From NCBI RefSeq assembly GCF_002113885.1, contig NW_018403913.1, positions 574,490 through 638,489 on the forward strand: a stretch of 64,000 nt of DNA, read 5' to 3'. A program made the position numbers and the translations under genes. Of the stretch, positions 35,993-50,471 are shown piece after piece; position 1 is the stretch's first letter; every line of letters begins with the position of its first letter. Under the pieces are notes generated by a model. It was not told the origin of the DNA and searched no databases. It saw nothing but the letters and a program-made list of their open reading frames with translations. The stretch is from Mizuhopecten yessoensis. Taxonomy: Eukaryota.

Positions 35993-38900
35993 CGATCGTT
36001 TACTTCTGTGTCCAGCCTCCCACCTTACCTATGACCGTTCACTCCTATGTCCAGCATACCTGTTTACCCTCGACCGTTTACTCCTGTGTCCAGCCTACAT
36101 TCTTTCCCACGACCGTTCACTCTTATGTCCAGCCTTCCTCTTTACTCACGACCGTTCAAACATATGTCCAGCTTACATCCTACCCTTCCGTCGTTCACTC
36201 CTATGTCCAGCATACCTCCTTACCAACGACCGTTTACTCATGTGTCCAGCCCCCCCCCCCCCCCCCCCCCCCCACCTTACCCATGACCGTCCACTCCTTT
36301 GTCCAGCATACCTCCTTACTCACGACCGTTTACTCCTGTGTCCAGCCTGCCTCCTAATCCACGACCGTTCACTCCTTTGTCTAGCTTACCCCCTTACCCA
36401 CGATCGTTTACTTCTGTGTCCAGCCTCCCACCTTACCTATGACCGTCCACTCCTATGTCCAGCATACCTGTTTACCCACGACCGTTTACTCCTGTGTCCA
36501 GCCTACCTCCTAACCCACGACCGTTCACTCATTTGTCTAGCCTACCCACTTACCCAAGACCGTTTACTTCTGTGTCCAGCCTCCCACCTTACCCATGACC
36601 GTCCACTCCTATGTCCAGCATATCTCCTTACCCACGACCGTTTACTCATGTGTCCAGCCTACCCCCTTACCCATGACCGTTTACTTCTGTGTCCAGCCTC
36701 CCACCTTACCCATGACCGTCCACTCCTATGTCCAGCCTACCTCCTAACCCACGACCGTTCACTCCTTTGTCTAGCCTACCCCCTTACCCATGACCGTCCC
36801 ACTCGTATGTCCAGCATACCTTCATACCCATGACCGTTCACACCTATTTTCAGCCTACCTCATTATCGTTGACCATTCACTCCTATGTCCAGCCTACCTC
36901 ATTATCGTTGACCATTCACTCCTATGTCATGCCTTCCTCCTTACCCACGACCGTTCACTCCTATATCCAGCCTCCCTTCTTACCGACGACCGTTTATTCC
37001 TGTGTCCAGCCTCCCTCCTTACACACGACCGTATACTCCTTTGTCCAGCTTACCTGCTAACCCACAACCGTTCAGTCATTTGTCTAGCCTACCCCCTTAC
37101 CCATGACCGTTTACTCGTATGTCCAGCATACCTCCTTACCCACAACCGTTCACTCATATGCTCAGTCTACCTGCTAACCCACGACCGTTCATTCCTTTGT
37201 CTAGCCTACCCCCTTACCCATGACCGTTTACTTCTGTGTTCAACCTCCCCCCTAACCCATGACAGTCCACTCGTATGTCCAGCATACTTTCATACTCATG
37301 CCCGTTCACACCTATGCTCAGACTACCTCATTATCGTTGACCGTTCACTCCTAGTTACAGCCTTCCTCCTTACCCACGACCGTTCACTCCTATGTCCAGC
37401 CTCCCTCTTTACCAACGACCGTTCACTCCTATGTCCAGCCTCTCTCCTTACCCACGACAAGACTCGTATGTCCAGAAAACCTTCTTATCCACGACCGTTC
37501 ACTCCTATACCCAGCCTACCTGCTAAACCACGACCATTCACTCCTATGTCCAGCCTACTTCCTTTCCCATGACCGTTTACTCCTATATCTAGCTTACCTC
37601 TTTACCCACGACCATTCACTCCTATGTCCAGACAACCTCTTTACCCACGAACGTTGACTCCTATGTCCAGCCTACCTCCTTACCAACGACCATTCACTCC
37701 TATGTCCAGCCTACCTCCTTACCCACGACCATTCACTCCTATGTCCAGACAACCTCTTTACCCACGACCGCTCAATCCTATGTCCAGCCTACCTCTTTAC
37801 CAACGACCATTCACTCCTATGTCCAGCCTACCTCTTTACCCACGACCGTTCAGTCCTTTGTCTAGCCTACCCCTTTACCCATGAACGTTTACTTCTGTGT
37901 CCAGCCTCCCACCTTACCCATGACCGTTTACTCGTATGTTCAGCATACCTCCTTTCCCACGACCGTTCGCTCAGTCTACCTGCTAACCCACGACCGTTCA
38001 TTCCTTTGTCTAGCCTACCCCCTTACCTATGACCGTTTACTTCTGTGTCCAGCCTACCCCCTTACCCATGACCGTTTACTTCTGTGTCCAGCCTCCCCCC
38101 TTACCCATGACCGGTCACTCGTTTGCCCAGCATACTTTCATACCCACGCCCGTTCACACCTATGCTCAGACTACCTCATTATCGTTGACCGTTCACTCCT
38201 AGTTACAGCCTCCCTCCTTACCGACGACCGTCACTCCTATTCCAGCCTCCCTCCTTACCGACGACCGCTCAATCCTATGTCCAGCCTCCCTCTTTACCAA
38301 CGACCGTTCACACCTATGCCCAGCCTCCCTCTTTACCAACGACCGTTCACTCCTATGTCCAGCCTCTCTCCTTACCGACGACCGCTCAATCCTATGTCCA
38401 GCCCCTCTCCTTACCCACGACCGTTCACTCCTATGTCCAGCCTCCCTCTTTACCAACGACCGTTCACTCCTATGTCCAGCCTCTCTCCTTACCCACGACA
38501 AGACTCATATGTCCAGAAAACCTTCTTATCCACGACCGTTCACTCCTATACCCAGCCTACCTGCTAAACCACGACCATTCACTCATATGTCCAGCCTACC
38601 TCCTTTTCCACGACCGTTTACTCCTATATCTAGCTTACCTCTTTACTCTTTACCCACGACCGTTGACTCCTATGTCAAGCCTACTTCCTTTCCCACGACC
38701 GTTTACTCCTATATCTAGCTTACCTCTTTACCCACGACCATTCACTCCTATGTCCAGACAACCTCTTTACCCACGACCGTTGACTCCTATGTCCAGCCTA
38801 CCTCCTTACCCACGACCATTCACTCCTATGTCCAGCCTACCTCCTTACCATCGACCATTCATACCTATGTCCAGCCTACCTCCTTACTCACGACCATTCA

Positions 38901-39110
38901 CTCCTATGTCCAGTCTACCTCCTTACCCGCGACCATTCACTCCTATGTCCAGCCTACCTCCTTAGTCACGACCAATCTCTCCTATGTCCAGCCTACCTCC
39001 TTACCCACGACCATTCACTCCTATGTTTAGCCTACCTCCTTACCGTTGACCGTTCACTCCTATGTTTAGTCTTCCTCTTTTCCAACGATCGTTCACTTTT
39101 ATGTCCCGTT
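35993..39110. repeat. 39-bp C-rich minisatellite (~80 diverged units), intronic
   Basis: Unit CGACCGTTCACTCCTATGTCCAGCCTACCTCCTTACCCA; block ~37150-37620 recurs at ~37970-38640; an N at 35992. Confidence 0.95.
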
Positions 39111-40721
39111 TCTAGTCCTATTGCTTGCAGATCAATCTATCCGTCTGTCATTTTGTCTTTAGTTCACCACCATTATTGAAGTACATATCCGCTATTTAAT
39201 TAACTGTTTCCTACCAACCCCGTAGTTTCCAAAGTTTCCAAAAGCCCGTTCCTCATTATATGTATACATCACATTCTTATTTGCGTGTCATACTCCTTTA
39301 TTTTAGTACATTCTTTGTTCGTGTTGTGTAGTACTATGTATGTCCATTTCGGGTATAGGTTACATTTGTCGGAGACATTCAAATGATAAATTGTTTTTGG
39401 GGGGTACTCCTTTAAACCCAATGCTTTATCCCGTACTTTCTCTGTGTTTCTCTTATATGCCCACTATGTGTGTTTGTTGACATATTTTATCTGCAGTAAT
39501 ATACGTTACACCATAATTACATGAACCTCTCAATCGTTCTCCTAGCGTGTATACACCCTCCCCTTCTTCCTCCCCCGCGTCATAAATTACAATGGTGTTG
39601 ATGTTAGAGATTCTCCTGTCGAGCCAGATTACGCGTGCGATCCGTCACGAGCCGACCCAGACGCTGGGGCTGACATCAGTTACTGGCCTTACATCACACA
39701 CTTAGCGGCACGCGTACGTCCATCTTTATAGTGTTGATGGATATCTGTGTCATCAACATAAGAATGTATGTGTGTCTACATTAATTACGAGTCTAGCAAT
39801 ATAACGGTATAATGGTCAAGGAGTTCCGGGAGTCACTTTTTAACTGAAATTGCAAGCGTACAACTAATCCTAATCCAATACAACACATAGCCGCTATACC
39901 TTAACATCTAAGATCCGAAACTGTTGATGTTATTCTCACGCCGCTCAAGCATATACTACGATTTTTTATTTTATTTCTATCAAATGTTTTAAACATACGA
40001 AATTATTTGATTTCTTGTGATACCATAAATGAAAAGGATTTAGGAACAAGTGTTGAACACGTATTGCATATGTTAATTTTTCACCTTTTTATGTTACTCA
40101 ATGCATATTAAACCGCAGAGTTCCATCCACGTGGTGAACTCAGATATCCATCTAAAATAATAATAACAGCAAACCGGAAGCAGAATGGCAGGTTTATTAC
40201 ACAATACTGAATGCCAGTGATGTCAAATTGTAACGTCCCGGTCCATGTCATGATGTTAAAGTGCTTGTCTTGTGAATTCGTATTTTTAATCTACAGATAA
40301 AATGGCGGATATGACAAATTGAGGGGAGAGTGAAACTAGAGTAAAATAATGGATATTCTGCCACGTCAGAGATGAAGCGACACAAGGAGTTGATAACCAT
40401 GTATTGTGTCCATACATACGCGCATATGTTGATTATTTCTTAAGTAACGATTAACATACATTGCGTGTACTTAATTGTGTGTATAGTTATCATGTAGTAA
40501 ACTTCAAACACATAAAAAAAATATTTCGTACAAATCTATTTCCTTCTTATAACCTCGGCGGAATGTACGTGTATGGTCCGAAGATATAAGAATATCAACC
40601 ACAGCTCATAGGTCATGTATGGGAGTATAGGAATGACAACGTTAGTGAATGTGTTGGAGGCAGTAAGTGAACAGTGCTACTTCAAGTTGATATCGTGCAA
40701 GCAGAATATTTTTCTCCCGAA

Positions 40722-40822
40722 TACACACACGCAAGCACGCATACACTACACACATGGAGGCACGTCCTTAAATGACGTCCTTAGCTGTTAATAGGGCGTT
40801 AAACAAAATCAAACCAAACCCA
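40722..40822 (+). mobile_element. SINE 3' tail fragment
   Basis: CGTCCTTAAATGAC..AGCTGTTAATAGGGCGTTAAACAAAATCAAACC. Confidence 0.75.
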
Positions 40823-41541
40823 ACTTAACGAACTCATGGTTGTGTGTCTATGCCCCAGTTGTCCAATGCTTGATCACTGAACTTGTATAACTTGAAATTA
40901 AGAAACACAATAATATTTGCAAAATTTTAGATACATCAATGATCAGCTCAAAACAATCTTAAACGCTAATTTACGAATATTTTTTTAGTTTTTTTCAATC
41001 TCAAGTATTTGTTTTAAATCCCAATGCCTATATTTATTTTAAAACTTTTGAATACCACTTGAAAATATTGTGTTGAATTACCATTGAACTATTTTGCGGG
41101 GTTTGAACGACTGGAAGGTGACATCATTTCCTGACTCATCTAATCCAATATCTAATTAAGAAATAAAGTTGAACTTTTTCGTAGTCGACGGAATCGTGGA
41201 AAAAAATTCGAAGTCGAATAAAGCGAGTTCCCAAAATGAAACTTGTTATTATGTTTGGTCAAATATGAGGCTGTCGGAGTCGTTGATGTTTTTCACAGTC
41301 AACGTGTATATAGTAATTGAAAGATAGACAAGACGATTAGATAAAATAATAATAATAATAATAAAAATGTTATCATATTAATCATGGAATGTTACAATAA
41401 ACACACAGAAAGTATGTTACTACTCTAAAACTTATATGCTGTCTACGATATTGTACTACGCAGATGGAAATTCAAATATCGTAGAATGTACCTTGACAGA
41501 ATTCGGTACGACCTCCTAAATGTTTGTGTTGACTATTACAG

Positions 41542-41721
41542 GAACAGTATGCAGCTACTCTAACAACCTCGCCAACAGACCCGTGAACAATAGTATGCAC
41601 CGACCCCTCAAACTAAAGATCCAAAACGCACTTAACCAAGTGATTCTAGGCGATGCCGAGTCTCGCGGACTCTTTGTAGGAGGAAGACGTAGAAACCGGA
41701 AGAAGCGGAGGGCGAGGAATG
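41542..41721 (+). CDS. CaaX-box protein, exon 2 (polybasic cluster)
   Basis: ttacag| ... G|GTAAGA, 180 nt phase 1-1; MHRPLKLK..GGRRRNRKKRRARN. Confidence 0.65.
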
Positions 41722-42073
41722 GTAAGACTCGTAAGGGAGGGCAGGTAGCAGAATGGTAAGGCCCGTAAGAAGGGCAGGTAGCAGAATGGTAAGGCATACA
41801 TGTATAAAGGGGTACAGGGAACAGCAACTCTTACGTAGGACTATCACAATAAACGACAGATGGCAGTGAACTGAAAGTAACACAATGAGGGACGACATAT
41901 AACACAGAATAGTAAGTTCTATGTGTGAAAGGGAGGCAGACAACAGGAACTTGTTAGTAGGTTTATAATGAGGGGACTACATTGAATGGTACGAAAGGCA
42001 AGAGAGGATTACATATATAGATATTGTAAGCACTTTCTATACAATAGAGCAGAAAAGGCCACATAGAGAAAAA

Positions 42074-42426
42074 CATCCTCGATATCCAGGGGTTATGCTC
42101 ACTTTCGCTCTCTACAACCCTGGCATATGTCATAGCAAAATCAAAGACTCGGTGTGAAGCACCTTGTGGACGAGACGAGAAGACTAATTTGATCCTTTGA
42201 TGCACATAAAAAAGAATTTCGCGGTCGCGTAACGGTAAAACTTACTGGCTTTGAAGTCGGGCGTTGCTCCTCTGTAATCTTCAAAGAACAAGCATCAGCC
42301 TAGTAATTGGTCAGGATTTTTACCTGACACCAATCACATAGCTAGCCGCGTGCCTTCAATTTTGCTATGACATATTCCAGGGGTGTAGAGAGCGAAAGTG
42401 AGCGTAACCCATGGATATCGAGGATG
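42074..42426. mobile_element. Mutator-like MITE copy 2 (complete)
   Basis: Long TIRs; perfect 9-bp TSD AGAGAAAAA at 42065-42073 and 42427-42435. Confidence 0.9.
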
Positions 42427-43557
42427 AGAGAAAAATGGCCTCGTATTATATGTAAGAACATGGTCAAACCTAATAACAATTCCTAATGAAAACAGCGATA
42501 AACCAGGTACAATGTATTATAAGATTGCCAGCTTTAGAGGAGAGCATCTCGAGCCAAGTGAACTGTAAAGGACATGTACGAATTGAAAGGATGGCAGTCA
42601 GATATGGAGGTTATCAAAAATGAGAATGTTGAGTATCCCGAGTGATCCTCAGAGAGAAGACGTTAAGGCAGTTTTACAAAATGAATACAATCTGCTTTTA
42701 GGGGGAAAGGTGTGTACGTTTAGTGTTGGCTGTATCATAAGAAAAGTCATAAAACTATGTAACAGAATGTTATAAAAAAAGAACAGTTGAATGTAGGTGT
42801 GAGTCTGCACTTTTGTATCTAGGATCTTGGTACTTGAGGTAGCAGTAAGTCTTCAAGAGTGTTGTAGTATGAATACACTGTTTTTATAGTCAAGTGTTAC
42901 AGATGTTTTAGACGGTGAGACGCTGATAATTGTTTTAGGGGAAAATAGAAGGGTATATCACATTCAGCACAAGCCCTTTCTAAACAATTAACCCATAACC
43001 AATGGTCGAAAATAATCAAACGAAATGGAAAGCGGAAGTCTAAGTTGTCAAAATGAGTACTGTGTGAGAAAATATCTCAATTTTTGGTTCTGAATAAATA
43101 ATATTGAAGATTTTGAAGATACTTTAAAAAAAAAAATGTAGTCGCTTCATGCACTTAAAATATTAATAAGCATAATTTCGATCCAAAAGTACGATAAGTA
43201 CATGCTTGACAAGACTTCTCATCTCTTGTTAGAACAATCGTTTAAATATTGAAATTTGACACCCTCTAAAAAATTCGTAGTTATTTTTAATGTTGTTGAA
43301 CGTGGTGAACTTTATAGCTCAAATTGTTTACACTATCAAAGATCGATTACACGTGTTATAAAGTGACGTAAAATCATCACTGTGTTATTAGCTTGATGTG
43401 TGTAGAATGACATTTAATGAAAATCAATAATATGGCTTAGTGATGAAAGATAACATCTGTTTATACTTCATAACGTAATAAAAAGTAGAATATGACTTGA
43501 TACTCATCTATCATATAAATCGACCGTCGTGCTTTAAGTCAGAAACACGGTAAGACC

Positions 43558-43911
43558 CATCCTCGATACACCAGGGGTTAAACTCTCGCACAGCCTCTAC
43601 ACCCCTCAAATATGTCCTGGCGAAATCGAGGGCGTTGTACGCACCTCCTTGTGGATGATACAAATAGGTTAGTTGACCTTCTGTTATACATCAAAAGAAT
43701 AGCGCTGCACCCTAACGGGTCATTTTGACTGGCTTTTAAGTCGGATGTTGCTCCTTTATAATATTGAAAGGCTACGTATCAGCGAATCGATTGGTCATTT
43801 TTTTCATCTGGAACCAATCAAATCGCTAAAAGCATGCCTCCGATTTGGATATATTCCAGGGATGCTGAGAACCCAATTCAAGTGAGCATAGCCCATGTAA
43901 TTTTGTGGTTG
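43558..43911. mobile_element. Mutator-like MITE copy 3 (older, diverged)
   Basis: Colinear with copy 2; right TIR eroded. Confidence 0.75.
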
Positions 43912-44184
43912 TAAGATGGTCATATCTTGTATGCCCTTGACTGGTTGTTAGCGCAACAATAAATTTCGAAATTCAATCTCACTTTGGTCCTAGTTTTTTC
44001 TGTTAAATATGTCACCAGATACTTTTAATGAACAATTTCTCATTCCATCTTAATTTTTGTAAATAGATATAAATGATATCGTTTTATAGTTGAAAAAGAA
44101 GCATGTGTTGTGAAATGAGTTTGTGATTTAAGACATACGTATAGATGATTCGTTAAATTTAGCACGTAAACGTGTCTTTTTCAG

Positions 44185-44253
44185 TCAAGGAGAAGAAGAA
44201 GGCGAGGAAGTGTGACGGGAAAGGTTCCCCAGTGGTGGTGAGATGCAACAACG
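44185..44253 (+). CDS. CaaX-box protein, exon 3
   Basis: tttttcag| ... G|GTAAGT, 69 nt phase 1-1; VKEKKKARKCDGKGSPVVVRCNN. Confidence 0.7.
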
Positions 44254-44384
44254 GTAAGTAACATCCTCTGGCTCTCTTACCATAAATTACTAATTTACAC
44301 CTACAAGTTAATTTAGTGGCATTGGACAACTCGCCTTACTGTGGGCTTTATAACGCTGCATCGGGTCACGGCGTCCTGGAAATT

Positions 44385-44992
44385 CCAGGGGTTACCCTCT
44401 CTCTGCACAGATCGTAAGACAGCACAACCCTAGAATTACGAAGTTGGTGCATGAAAGTTCTCATCAGAACCAACCCTCCTCCCCTTCCTTGACTTTTAAG
44501 GGTAACAAAACTAAGAGGCGACTAAATTTGGGATCTTATATTTTCTCTTCTTTCTAAACAATTTTCTTCTTCCTAATGTCTCCCTTGACAATGCCTCACT
44601 TTTGGCCTTTAGTTGAGCGTTCGCCACTGTAAGGAAGTCTTTTAGGTTCTGTCCCCTGGTCGAGACATACCAGAGTTTGTAAAAATGGTAGTTTCTACTC
44701 CTGCTTAACGCTCAGCAATTTAGGAGTGGGACGACTGGTTCGCCCGTTGTCAGTATAATGTGACCGGGTGGGGTGTCCTGCTGGGTGTCTTCGGCAGTAT
44801 GTTTCAGTGAGGTAGCGCTATAAAGTCGGCATCAGTTCAACGCTATCACAAGGAGACAAACACGAACATATCGCAGCCTCCCACAACACACACGCATACA
44901 CTACACGCATGCATCTTGCACACAGGAGAGGCCGTCCTTAAATGACCATAGCTGTTGATAGGACGTTAATTAAACATTCACATACACAAACA
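44385..44992 (+). mobile_element. Composite SINE (tRNA-like segment, Meta/MESC-like core, shared 3' tail)
   Basis: AAAAATGGTAGTT..CTCCTGCTTAACGCTCAGCA..CTGGTTCGCCCGTTGTCAGTATAATGTG core; tail shared with 8961, 40722, 51320 and 52077 copies. Confidence 0.75.
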
Positions 44993-47900
44993 CTATTTCG
45001 GTGGGTCATTTAAATCTTTGGCTGTAGCGAGGACCTCAACACAAAACAAGCCATTGCACAACAAAACTTCTCGTTTTAAATATAAGTATATGTTAAGTAT
45101 AACTGCAGCTGCTACTGCGCCATGCAGTGCACAAGGTGATACATGACACATACATTCGCACAATAAATGAGTGCAGTCAGTGACGTGAGACAATGGTGTG
45201 CATGTTGTTTTACTTCTGCAGAAAAGCGAATCACGTATCCGTAATATATTATAAATTATTCTTTTGCTTCTCAAATCAGCGTCGATGAGAAAATAATGAC
45301 GTCAGGTTACCATGGCGTTAGAGATAATAGAAAAGTGAAAGGAGAAGCAACACGCTTATTTTGCGACACGTATAATGACGAACCTTTTTATGGCTTGTTT
45401 ATGGCTTGGCCTGAAAACTGATTTTAACTAAAGTAAAATGTACAAGGTATGCAATAAAATGAGTCCTATCTGTATAGAGATCTGAAATATCAACTGTATA
45501 ATTCTGCAAAATATTTCGGTGAACATTTTTATTTGACTTGATGTACATATAGTTATACAGTTTCATACTAGTTAACATATATTGATCGCTTCACCGTTTG
45601 TGGAGGTAAATTAATGATTATCAGTACACAGCTGTTTCACTACCTGTCTGCCTATACACCTATATGCACGTACAGATACAATAATTAATAGGATAAATTG
45701 TGTATGACTGACTGTAGTCGTTTTCCGCTGTAGGCGTCGGACGATTTATCTAGGTAATATAACTAAATTGTTCAAATGGTTGAGGAAAAAGTGACGAAGT
45801 GATAAGTTTGAGTGTGCAATAAGTACGCATTTTCCTGTAAAACTGTGTGTAAATTGTATTTTTGTAAAACAACATGGATGGATCAAATATAACATCAACA
45901 ACTTGCAGTGGAACATTATTTTGGATCGACTGGAACTATAAGCGAGCGTATTTGTTGTGTGGTTTAAAAATATGCAAATGCTTCCTACGGATTCTCATGA
46001 AAGGGATAATATTACTATTTGTCAAAGACGAATTCCGTCATAAGCCATCAACAGACCCCAAACTTCGCCTGGAATGTGTAATACCTGTGTAGTTATTCGA
46101 TCATTTGTTGAATTACTTAATGCGATGTGTTTGTCCATTAGATTTACCATCATGCCCGTATCAAGTGTCCATACTGTCATATTGACCACAGAAAACGTCT
46201 CCACGAATTGGGATAGTAAATCAACCTGATTGCAAGTGTATTAAACAATTAATTAGCTTATTTTGATTATTCTTTTCACCTTAAACATATATGTAATGTA
46301 ATAATACATTTTATTTCACTTCTGTAGCACTTTAAGTGAGGAACTCTTCTCGTAGGTGGTCGACATAAGGTAGCAGTGTACAGTAGAAATGGCCCGACTC
46401 TGAAAAAAAACCACAGCGGATTTACCCTACACAACTCATATATACATGTATATATATTTGTAAACTGCATTATATTTACAATACATATAAAGTACTGAGA
46501 AGTGTATAAACCCTTTTTTTCTATGTATGTCACTTGTGTGGAAACCATGGTTACCACATCAAAAATTACCAAAAAATGCCAAATAATGCTATTTTTGCCC
46601 CAAAATTTGACCCCCGCAACTAGTATTTTTTTTCCTAAGTTCTGTCTGAAATTAAAGATTACCTACTTGGTTGCAGAATTATCTGGGTCCCAGTAAAGTT
46701 GTACAACTTGATTTTTTGCAATTTTGCGTCGTGTGCTGTTGTCAAAATTTTACCTCCTGTAAAGCTAGCTTTCGGATTATGGCCATAATTTTATTCTCGA
46801 ACTAAAAAAATCTTCTTTTTGTTTTACAAATGTGAAGCTCACATAGCCCACTTCATCATGCATATACCAATTTTAGTACAGTTTTATTTTCATATTTGTT
46901 TTACATATCATTATACAGGGGTTAGCCATTTAACAAAAATATCACCCATGGTGGCTGGTTAGCATGTTAGCTAGTTAGTTAATGTTCAAATTGTAAAAGA
47001 CATGTGGTTGGTGTCTTTTATACAAATTGAAAATTAACTAACTCGAGTAAGATAAATATGATAACAAACCATCACTCGTTAGGGAACTTGTAGATCCTTA
47101 AAACACATTGACCTTTGTTGACCTTCCTTTGGGGATTGTTTTGTACATTACCCATTGGGTTTTTTTTTTTATTGAATAGTCATTGTGTGACGACAAGTTG
47201 AAGTTTCGAAGAAAATTTAGAATGGCTTCTAAACAGCAGTGGTCGGCTTACAGAACTTGTAACTATAAAAAGCACGGTCGTGTTCTCGCACTAAAAAAAT
47301 ATTGTTTCACCATTGGTTGAAATAATTTGTCTTAAATGTTATGAACCGAATGAAACCACACAGAAAGATCCAACTTTAATTTTCTTTAGTTTAACGTAAT
47401 TGTACGGACTGAAATAAGTCCTTTAACTTTCATTATGTTAAGCAATAAACTACCGTAAAAACATGTTCTAACGTGCATCATGGAATATGTTTGTTTGTAC
47501 TGTGAAACTGTGTGGCATATCACCTTGAATGTTTAACAAGTGGATTTCAAACCTTAAATTGTTTCTTATAATAAAAATATAATGTAAACGTAAATATATA
47601 CTTTATGTTTCAACGTTGATTTCTTGAGACCAATAAAAAGCATATTGAAATACGTAATTTATTGCAGTAACAAAATATTGCTTCATTTGCCTTTTAAATT
47701 AGTCCATTCCGACGAGATTTGTTTAGAGTTAAAAAAGGGGAGAAATGTTATAAAACTGGTGTGTTCACGATGTAGGTCGACATGATGATTCATGCGTGTT
47801 ACATATCCAACAGATGTTTACAAAACACACCTGATGTTGATATACAATCATGTTTTGCTGTCTAGAATGTTGAAGTAGATATTTAATGCAAAACAACAAT

Positions 47901-48129
47901 TTTGTGTACAAATTGGGATTTATGTTTCATGGTTTCATGACTAAATGTATTTGTTTCACACGCAATGTATTTTTTGTAAACTGATCACTTATGGATTAGG
48001 TAATAAGCGCGTGTGTATCCCTGCTGTATCTCTTCTCTACCTGTACAATGTGTAGGGATTATTAAGATTTCCAATGAAATCAGTGCTGCGTACATATGTA
48101 TTGTTATTCATGAAACAAAATATTGAATA

Positions 48130-49040
48130 TATGTGTCGTTTACCATAAACACAATGTTGTGTATATATGTATCATTTCCCATAAACACGATGTTGTGTAT
48201 ATGTATCATTTCCCATAAACACGATGTTGTGTATATATGTATTATTGCCCATCAACACAATGTTGTGTATATATGTATTATTGCCCATCAATCAACGCAA
48301 TGTTGTGTATATATGTATTATTTCCCATCAACACAATGTTGTGTATATATGTATTATTGCCCATCAACACACTGTTGTGTATATATGTATTATTGCCCAT
48401 CAACACAATGTTGTGTATACATGTATTATTGCCCATCAACACAATGTTGTGTATATATGTAGTATTGCCCATCAACACGATGTTGGGTATATATGTATTA
48501 TTACCCATCAACAAGATGTTGTATATATGTATTATTGCCCATCAACACGATGTTGTGTATATATGTATCATTTTCCATCAACACGATGTTGGGTATATAT
48601 GTATTATTACCCATTAATAAGATGTTGTGTATATGTATTATTGCCCATAAACACGATGTTGGGTATATATGTATTATTGCCCATGAACACGATGTTGGAT
48701 ATATATGTATCATTTCCCATCAACACGGTGTTGTGTATATATGTATCATTTCCCATCAACACGATGTTAGGTATATATGTATTATTACCCATTAATAAGA
48801 TGTTGTGTATATGTATTATTGCCCATAAACACGATGTTGTATATATATGTATAATATATTACCCATCAACAAGATGTTGTATATATGTATTATTGCCCAT
48901 AAACACGATGTTGTGTATATATGTATAATTACCCATAAACACGATGTTGTGTATATACATTATGTATGTGTAATTACTCATTAACTAGATGTTATGTTTA
49001 TGTATTATTGCCCATCAACACGATGTTGTGTATATATGTT
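48130..49040. repeat. ~36-bp AT-rich minisatellite (~25 copies)
   Basis: Unit ATCAACACGATGTTGTGTATATATGTATTATTGCCC with internal CAACA/TGTTG palindrome. Confidence 0.93.
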
Positions 49041-49927
49041 TCATTATATTAATTATTACCCCTAAGCACAATATTATGTTCACGTTCATAGTTAATAATG
49101 TTACACAATCTTAGAAACAAAATTAAACCCTTACGGTACAACCGCACTGAGAGTCAAGTAAAACGACATAAAAAGTTACCCCCATACTTTAGTTTTAGAT
49201 TCAAAAATGGGAGAAACGACTTTTCTTGCCAATAAAATTGAAAGGAATTTTAACTTTGCAAGAAGAAGTGCCCCCCCCCCCCCTCCTCTTTCTTTAAATA
49301 TGAAAACTAGAGTATGTGAGATACAATGTAATTTTTGACTATCAGCGCGATAGTAACATAACGGTTGATTTTGTTTCCAAGGTTGAACTTGACACAAGGT
49401 GAAAAGCCGTGAACAGAGACAACAGTACATCTTGTATCTCATTTTATAATAACGAAAAGATGGCGTCCTTCAAATGTGTATTTTTGTTGTCTTGATAAAA
49501 CATTCATTGACTGATGGAATCATAAATCGCCAAAAGCACTAGCAACTGTCCTCTTGTGTGTCTATTTATTTTCATAGTACCGTTACCACGGACACTATTT
49601 AATTACCATACATAGACACACTGTTCGTGATACTTTGTAACACAGTATTGTGTATGTATTGTCGTCCATAGCACACACTGTTATGCTTATAGTGTGGCCT
49701 ACAAATTCAGTTGTTTGTTCATATTGCTGCTCACAGAAAATACTGTAGAGTTTATAGTGTTGCCCATGCACACATACTATTGTTTACAATTAAGTGTTGC
49801 TTGTAAAACATTTTTATTGTGCACATTATATTCCCTTTAGTACACAATACGGTTATATAATGCTGTCTACTGTTTCTACATATTATGTCGTAATTTGTAT
49901 CATATACGTGTGTACTGTTTCCCGCAG

Positions 49928-50079
49928 AACAAGCTGTTGTACCGGCGGACGAGCGGCCCCTTATCGAGTCGGACTTCGACTCCACACTTTCCCTGGCTGT
50001 CACTGACGACTTGCACTACGTGGATGATTTACCTCCCCTTATCGACACCGAAGATCAGGAAAATTTAGATCCAGAAGAG
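49928..50079 (+). CDS. CaaX-box protein, exon 4 (acidic)
   Basis: tttcccgcag| ... GAG|GTGAGT; EQAVVPADERPLIESDFD..DDLPPLIDTEDQENLDPEE; phase 1-0. Confidence 0.75.
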
Positions 50080-50471
50080 GTGAGTACTGCACCTAAAGTA
50101 AACTTTAAAAATCATCAAGGATTAAAAACACAAAAGGATGACAGTAGAACACAATATTGGTTAACAAAGACAACGGGAGAAAAAAACGGAGACATGTAAA
50201 TAAAAGAGACGAAACCTGATGAATACAACGAGTTCACTCATATTAGATACTGAAACACATATACCATAATTGGAAAGTAAACAATATATACCATTGCTTC
50301 ATTACAAAAGAATAAACCAAAAACTCATAAAGATATCATGAGAGTCAGAAGGTCATGATGGCGACCGCTACTCCAGTTAAAAAGATAGGTGTTATATGTT
50401 TGTGCTTTGAAAGGAGTGCTAACTAGCAATTTATGACTGGTTGGTGCTAAGGAATATACTTTGTTTTCCAG

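Noticed and set aside
36031-38965. Pro-rich/extensin-like ORFs
   Set aside because: Overlapping frames of a 39-bp satellite with frameshifts and no clear splice boundaries
48133-48928. Cys/Tyr-rich ORFs
   Set aside because: Translations of a 36-bp satellite
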